Shown here piece after piece: positions 58,895-64,000 of a stretch of DNA of 64,000 nt. Both the position numbers and the translations under genes were made by a program. Positions within the stretch are counted from its first letter, which is position 1. The number at the start of each line of letters is the position of its first letter. Under the pieces are notes generated by a model, which had not been told where the DNA came from, searched no databases, and saw nothing but the letters and a program-made list of their open reading frames with translations. This stretch comes from Myxococcota bacterium (GTDB lineage: Bacteria > Myxococcota_A > UBA9160 > SZUA-336), in contig CBDFGR010000003.1 in NCBI GenBank assembly GCA_965247115.1, forward strand, positions 416,001 to 480,000. The letters run 5' to 3'.

Positions 58895-59997
58895 GCCGCG
58901 CCCGGCTCAGCACCGAACACTCGCCTGAATTGTCGGATCACCGGGAGCTGGTCGAGCCACGCGGAGGTGTCCACGCGGAACGCGTCGATCTCGCTCGGGA
59001 CGCCGGCGAAGCCGGGCGGGACCTGGCTGTGCAGCGTCGGCGAGTGCGCGTCCTCGTCGACGAAGTGGTACTCGTAGCCCGGGATGAGTAGCTCGTCGGC
59101 CACGACGGCGTCGATCGTGCGGACTCCGTAGCTCATGATCTGCGTCGTCGTGGCCTGGCAGGACGCGATCCACACCTGTCGCGGCCCGGCGATGAACAGA
59201 TACTGCGCCCGCCGGTTGCGGGATACGATCCGGTATCGCTCGAGTCGCCCGCCGTAGAGGCTGCTCGTGCTCTTGCCCCGCTCGACCACGCCGCGGGCGA
59301 AGTCGGGCTCGAAGCCGCGTGTGAAGCGTAGCGACGTGGGGTCGTTCTTGCGGGTGAATCTCGCGATTGCTTGCCCGCGGTTCACCAGGTTGCGCGGGTT
59401 GGCCGCGGCACGACGGCGCGGCGCCGTGAAGTCGCGGTAGGGCTCGATCCGGTCATTCGGACCGCGCCGCAGCACGAGCCCGACGGCAGCGTCGTCGTAC
59501 CGGATGCGCCGCGCTCTGCGGCTCAGCGTCTCGAGGGCGGTCTGGATCTCGAGCGGGAGGTCTGTGGTGCCCTCGTCCGATCCCACGCGCGCTTCTCCGT
59601 TCTCGACGACGGTCTTCACGTCCCCCTTGCCGATCCAGTTCTCCTCGTCGGAACGGACGTAGTGGGAGGCAGAGCGCCAGGTCAGCGACAGATCCTTGTA
59701 GAAGATGCGCGGGTAGATCCGTGCTTCGCCGTCGAGCCTGACGTAGCCCACGTAGAAGCGGATATCCTCGTTTTGACGCGGGTTGGTCAGGTAGTAGGTG
59801 GCGTCGAACAGCTCGAGCTTGTGCTTCGGCGTGTAGCCGCGCTTAAGCAGCACCTGCGGTCGGCTGCGCGCTGAGCCGGCCGCGACGAGCCGCGCGCCGC
59901 TCGCGACGGCGTGCTCGAACTCGCGGGCCACCCGCGCGGAGCTTCCGTTCCAGGGTGCAACGCTCGGGACGACGCGGCTCAGGATGCGATCGCTCAT
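58864..59997 (-). CDS. Hypothetical protein (377 aa)
   Basis: Long ORF with globular composition and host-like codons; no recognised family. Confidence 0.7.
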   Translation of the reverse strand: MSDRILSRVVPSVAPWNGSSARVAREFEHAVASGARLVAAGSARSRPQVLLKRGYTPKHKLELFDATYYLTNPRQNEDIRFYVGYVRLDGEARIYPRIFYKDLSLTWRSASHYVRSDEENWIGKGDVKTVVENGEARVGSDEGTTDLPLEIQTALETLSRRARRIRYDDAAVGLVLRRGPNDRIEPYRDFTAPRRRAAANPRNLVNRGQAIARFTRKNDPTSLRFTRGFEPDFARGVVERGKSTSSLYGGRLERYRIVSRNRRAQYLFIAGPRQVWIASCQATTTQIMSYGVRTIDAVVADELLIPGYEYHFVDEDAHSPTLHSQVPPGFAGVPSEIDAFRVDTSAWLDQLPVIRQFRRVFGAEPGAAQPATSSTSR

Positions 59998-60077
59998 GGA
60001 TCTTCCGTCCGGCCCCCGGCTCGACCGGTTCGCAGGATTAGTGAGAGACTCGAGCGCAAGTGCAAGAGGAGCGAGAG

Positions 60078-60685
60078 ATGCCAGAGTACTGCAAGACCGC
60101 CACGGACGGCCGGATCCTCACGGTCACGCTGAATCGGCCCCAGGTGTTGAATGCGCTGCACGCGCCGGCACACGTCGAGCTGACGATCCCAAACCGATCA
60201 TTGCGGCCGTGAACGGCATCGCCATGGGCGGCGGCTTCGAGATTGCCCTCGCCTGCGACCTGATTGTCGCCGCGGAGAGCGCGGTGTTCGCGCTGCCCGA
60301 GCCGCGCGTGGGGCTGGCCGCGCTCGCGGGTGGGCTGCAGCGCCTGCCGCGTCAGATTCCGCTGAAGCAGGCGATGGGCATGATCCTGACGGGTCGACGA
60401 GTGGGGGCCGCGGAGGCCCTCCAGCTCGGCATCGCCACCGACGTGGTACCCGACGATCAGCTGATGAAGACCGCGCGAAGCTGGGCTTTACAGATCCTGG
60501 AGTGCGCCCCGCGCTCGGTGCGCGCGAGCAAGCAAGCTGTGATGCAGGGGCTCGACAAGGCCTCGCTGCAGCAAGCCATGGAGGCCACGTTCGAGCAGGT
60601 CGACCTGATGCGCGAGCATGCCGACTACGTCGAGGGACCCAAGGCCTTCGCCGAGAAGCGCGCGCCGAACTGGACCGGCTGGTAA
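60078..60685 (+). pseudogene. Enoyl-CoA hydratase (CaiD-like) with internal deletion and frameshift
   Basis: MPEYCKTATDGRILTVTLNRPQVLNALHAPAHVEL in one frame jumps at about 60182 to DDPKPIIAAVNG..GGGFE..PEPRVG in another frame. The AFxAGxDL segment is missing. Confidence 0.85.
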
Positions 60686-60689
60686 GCGC

Positions 60690-61499
60690 TCAGTTCCCGT
60701 GGAAGTCGGGCTCGCGGCGCTCCGCCGTCGCGCGCACTCCCTCGCGGAAGTCGTTCGTCTTGCGCAGCCAGTCCTGCTCGACGAGCTCGTGATCGGTGGC
60801 GATCCGGATCCTGTCGGCAAGACCCAGACGCAGCGTGCGGCGAATGGAGCGAACGGCAAGCGGCGCCGAGCCAGCGATCTCCTCGGCGAGCTCCGTTGCC
60901 CTGGGCCGCAGCTCGTCCATCGGTACCAGGTGGTCGCACAGACCGAGCTGGTAGGCTTCCTCACCCTTTACCCGCCGACCGGTGAGCAGCATGTTGGCGG
61001 CGGCTTGCTTGCCGATCAGCTCGGGCAAGGTCACCGTCAAGCCGAAGCCATGGTGAAAGCCGAGACGCGCGAAGTTCGAGCTGAAGCGCGCCTCGGGACA
61101 GGCCACGCGAAAGTCCGGCACCAGCGCAAGCCCGAAGCCCCCGCCGATCGCGGCACCCTGGATGGCGGCCACGACAGGCGTCTCGGTCTCGAACAGGCGT
61201 ACAGCCTCCTGGTACAGGTGACCGCTGCCCTGGCGCCCCGGACCGGGCTCCGCAGCGTCGGCGTTCGCTCCCCCCGAGTCTCCGCCGCCGAGCTGGGCCC
61301 CCGCGCAGAAGGAGCGGCCCTTGGAGGCCAGCACGATCGCGCGGCAGCTCTCCTCGGCGTCGAGCGCGCGGAAGGCATCGACCAGTGAGCGAATCAGGTT
61401 CACGTCGAAGTAGTTGTGTGGCGGCCGCTGGATCTCGACCGTGGCCACGTGGCCCTTCAGGTCGACGGCGACGTCGGCGAACTTTCCGAAGTTGCTCAT
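60690..61499 (-). CDS. Enoyl-CoA hydratase/isomerase family protein
   Basis: SFCAGA, PVVAAIQGAAIGGG, NFARLG, DFREGV..ERREP.F. Confidence 0.9.
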   Translation of the reverse strand: MSNFGKFADVAVDLKGHVATVEIQRPPHNYFDVNLIRSLVDAFRALDAEESCRAIVLASKGRSFCAGAQLGGGDSGGANADAAEPGPGRQGSGHLYQEAVRLFETETPVVAAIQGAAIGGGFGLALVPDFRVACPEARFSSNFARLGFHHGFGLTVTLPELIGKQAAANMLLTGRRVKGEEAYQLGLCDHLVPMDELRPRATELAEEIAGSAPLAVRSIRRTLRLGLADRIRIATDHELVEQDWLRKTNDFREGVRATAERREPDFHGN

Positions 61500-61595
61500 C
61501 TCTGCTCCCCTCGTGACTCGGCCACCCTAGGGCCGGCGCGGCGTCTTTACAAGCTCGACGACTCGCGGCGACAATCCCCCCTGGGAGGCGTACCC

Positions 61596-62084
61596 ATGAG
61601 ACTCGAAGGCTCGTGCCACTGCGGAGGCGTTCGCTTCCGCCTGAGCTCGGAACATCCCTATCCCTTCATGCTCTGCTACTGCTCGATCTGTCGCAAAACG
61701 GCGGGCGGCGGCGGCTACGCGATCAACCTGAGCGGCGACTTCGGCACGCTGGAGGTGGAGGGACGCGAGCAGCTCCGGATATACCACGCGCTGATTCCCG
61801 ATCCCGACGGCACGAAGCTCCGCGAGAGTCCCGCGGAGCGCAGCTTCTGCGGGACGTGCGGGAGTGCGCTCTGGCTCTGGGATCCGCGCTGGCCGGAGCT
61901 GGTCCACCCCCTTGCGTCGGCGATCGACACGGAGCTGCCACGACCGCCCGAGCGAACCCACCTGATGCTCGAATCGAAGCCGTCCTGGGCCGAGCTGCAC
62001 ACCACCCCGAAGGACAAGCAGTTCCGCAGCTATCCCGAGGAGTCGATCGCCGAGTGGCACGAGCGCCTGGGTCTTTTGCGCTAG
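61596..62084 (+). CDS. GFA (glutathione-dependent formaldehyde-activating) family Zn protein
   Basis: GSCHCG, CYCSICRK, RSFCGTCGS. GGAGG RBS. Confidence 0.9.
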   Translation: MRLEGSCHCGGVRFRLSSEHPYPFMLCYCSICRKTAGGGGYAINLSGDFGTLEVEGREQLRIYHALIPDPDGTKLRESPAERSFCGTCGSALWLWDPRWPELVHPLASAIDTELPRPPERTHLMLESKPSWAELHTTPKDKQFRSYPEESIAEWHERLGLLR

Positions 62085-62095
62085 ACGAGTACCGC

Positions 62096-62854
62096 TCAGG
62101 CTCGTGGAACGTGGTCCCGCTCGAGCGACTCTGCGAGCTCGCGAGTCTCGTCCAAGAGCGAGCCGGGCACGAGCTCGTACCGCTCCCCGAACTCGTCGAG
62201 GATCGCGCGTTCGACGCGCTCGGGGTCCAGAGCTCCGAGCTCGTCCTCCAGGCTGCCAACGCTGGCCGGCTCCCAGTCCAGAGCGAGCGCATCGTAGACG
62301 GGCACGAGTACCTCGCGGATCGCTTTGCTGTGCCCGACGACGACCACGCCACCCACGTGTGTCGCCCCGCGGATCACGCGCTGGCCGACACCCATGAGCT
62401 TGCGCGCTCCCCGCGCGTTCACGCTGTGCGCGCCCGGACAGTACTCGCCGGGAACCTCACCCACCCGAGCGTCGACGCCGAGGTTCCGAAACGCGGCGAC
62501 CATGATGTCCGCCAGCTCCGCGAAGTACCGCTCGACGTGCTCGCGCACCCTGGGATCGGGGATCGCCCACGCGAAGGACAGCGTCCTCTCGTGAAAGACG
62601 GCGGCACGCCCTCCAGCAAGCCGCTGGATGGCGGCGAAGCCCTGCAAGCGAGCTTCCCGTACGGCCCGCGCGTAGCCGGGGGCGATCGCATCGCGGCGCC
62701 CGAACGCCACGATGGCATCGGGCCGGTAGAGTCTCAGGCTCTCGGGCTCCGCGCGGAGCGCGACCTGCTGAAGCGTCGCCCGCGACACGGCTGCGTCGAA
62801 GGCGGCGCGCCCGGGATGGGCATCGCGCAGCAGCCGGATGCGACGTCGCTGCAT
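62096..62854 (-). CDS. Lipoate-protein ligase family protein (LipL-like amidotransferase)
   Basis: RLAGGRAAV, GEVPGEYCPG, KLMGVGQR. Confidence 0.8.
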   Translation of the reverse strand: MQRRRIRLLRDAHPGRAAFDAAVSRATLQQVALRAEPESLRLYRPDAIVAFGRRDAIAPGYARAVREARLQGFAAIQRLAGGRAAVFHERTLSFAWAIPDPRVREHVERYFAELADIMVAAFRNLGVDARVGEVPGEYCPGAHSVNARGARKLMGVGQRVIRGATHVGGVVVVGHSKAIREVLVPVYDALALDWEPASVGSLEDELGALDPERVERAILDEFGERYELVPGSLLDETRELAESLERDHVPRA

Positions 62855-62909
62855 CGTGGCAGTATACGCAGGTTGCCCTGCCGGCCCGCTTGCTGAAAGA
62901 ATCCACGCG

Positions 62910-63491
62910 ATGCTGCAAAGGGTGGTGATCCATTACGACTTTGCGTCGAGTCTCTGCTACGTGGCGCACCGCGTGATGGAGAGAATGGGCCCGGTGCTGG
63001 TGGAGCTGGGGCTCGAGCTGCGCTGGAGACCGCTCGACCTGACCATGCTGAGCCACTGGCGGCGCGGTGACGAGATGAGCGACCTCGCCCGCTCGAACAC
63101 CGCGCGCGTCGCCCGCGAGCTCGACGTACCGCTGCGGATCCCGGGCCGCTGGATGGACTCCCGGGCCGCAATGGCCGTCGCGCTGCGACTCGGCGGGAGC
63201 GAACGGGAGCCCACCTGGCGAGAGCGCGTGTGGAGCGCCGTGTACGAGGAGGGTCTGGACCTCGACGAGGAACGGACCGCCGAGCGCCTCGCGCAGGAGC
63301 TCGATCTCGACCTCGACTCGCTGCTCGACGCGCGGGCACTCGAGGCCGTCGAGGTCGAGACGTTGCTGGCAACCGAGGCGAACGTGAGTGGCGTGCCCAC
63401 CTTCATGCTTGGGGAGTGGCCCCTCGGCGGCATCCAGGACGAGCAGACGATGCGCTCTGTCTTCCGCCGCTACGCGGCAACGCGGGGGTGA
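62910..63491 (+). CDS. DsbA/FrnE/HCCA-isomerase-like thioredoxin-fold protein
   Basis: YDFASSLCY, WRP.DL, VSGVPTF cis-Pro motif. Confidence 0.75.
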   Translation: MLQRVVIHYDFASSLCYVAHRVMERMGPVLVELGLELRWRPLDLTMLSHWRRGDEMSDLARSNTARVARELDVPLRIPGRWMDSRAAMAVALRLGGSEREPTWRERVWSAVYEEGLDLDEERTAERLAQELDLDLDSLLDARALEAVEVETLLATEANVSGVPTFMLGEWPLGGIQDEQTMRSVFRRYAATRG

Positions 63492-63543
63492 AGCCGATCA
63501 CGATTCGGATCCCGCGGGGCTTCTTGCGCCTGCCGCTGCACTT

Positions 63544-64000
63544 CTAGAACTCGCTCAAGGAGTGCGCCCGTCCGTCGAGCTGTTCGGGGGTCTCGAGAGC
63601 GAGCCAGCGAGCGAGCGTGGGCGCGATGTCGACCGTGGCCACGCGGCCAGAGCGCTCTGCCGTCTTCACGCCCTGACCCCAGAAGACCAGCGGGACTCTG
63701 CGGTCGTATGCGTAGACGCTGCCGTGCCCCGTGCCCGTGTCGGAGGGCGAGATCAGGCAGGTGCGTTCCAGCTGGATCAAGAGGTCGCCGCTGCGGCCAG
63801 GGACGAAGGAGTTCCGGTAGAGCCTTGCCTGCGCCCCGCTCTCGCTCCGGATCTCGTCTGCTCGCCAGGCGCGCGCGACCGCCGGGACTCGCTCCAGGTA
63901 GGCTTCCGCCACGTCCAGCACGTTCTCGACCGGGATGCCCGCTCGCCTGGAAAGCAGGCGGCGGACGCCGATGCGCGAGCCCGCGATGGTCACCCACTGC
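63544..64000 (-). CDS. Alkaline phosphatase superfamily (PafA-like) protein, C-terminal part
   Basis: RSGDL, GTGHGS.Y.YDRRVPLVFWG, TVDIAPTLA; frame stays open to the window edge. Confidence 0.8.
   Translation of the reverse strand, partial: QWVTIAGSRIGVRRLLSRRAGIPVENVLDVAEAYLERVPAVARAWRADEIRSESGAQARLYRNSFVPGRSGDLLIQLERTCLISPSDTGTGHGSVYAYDRRVPLVFWGQGVKTAERSGRVATVDIAPTLARWLALETPEQLDGRAHSLSEF

Overview
A GC-rich, gene-dense bacterial chromosomal window with about 59 CDS. Gene content (PilZ, CheX-like, TSP3-repeat exoprotein, F420-dependent LLMs, CaiB transferase, TonB receptor) suggests a Gram-negative Myxococcota/deltaproteobacterium-like organism; this taxonomy is inference. I saw no rRNA, tRNA or CRISPR array. 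Main blocks are: acyl-CoA carboxylase (partial); a LigC / Prim-Pol / PolX-PHP DNA-repair trio; a two-Hpt phosphorelay; an HNH-domain gene; an Opp/Dpp-type ABC operon; prx-tenA-thiD; a TAP-like hydrolase with a NatAB-like ABC exporter; a TonB-dependent receptor; DUF2849-cysI-DUF934; a 1469-aa calcium-binding exoprotein; and lipid/CoA metabolism genes. The best candidate for an undescribed system is the HNH gene at 16959-18032. It is bracketed by two same-geometry, covarying palindromes, has an AT-rich structured leader with an SOS-like box, and is followed by a gene with strongly C-depleted third codon positions. Other notable items: a 24-bp bidirectional leaderless promoter linking Prim-Pol and PolX, tandem ZU5-like domains with an HFS autoproteolysis motif plus a polycationic tail, an apparently dead rhomboid, a cysteine-free redoxin, a class III cyclase with atypical specificity residues, and two disrupted genes. 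All family calls come from motif recognition by eye; no database searches were run.
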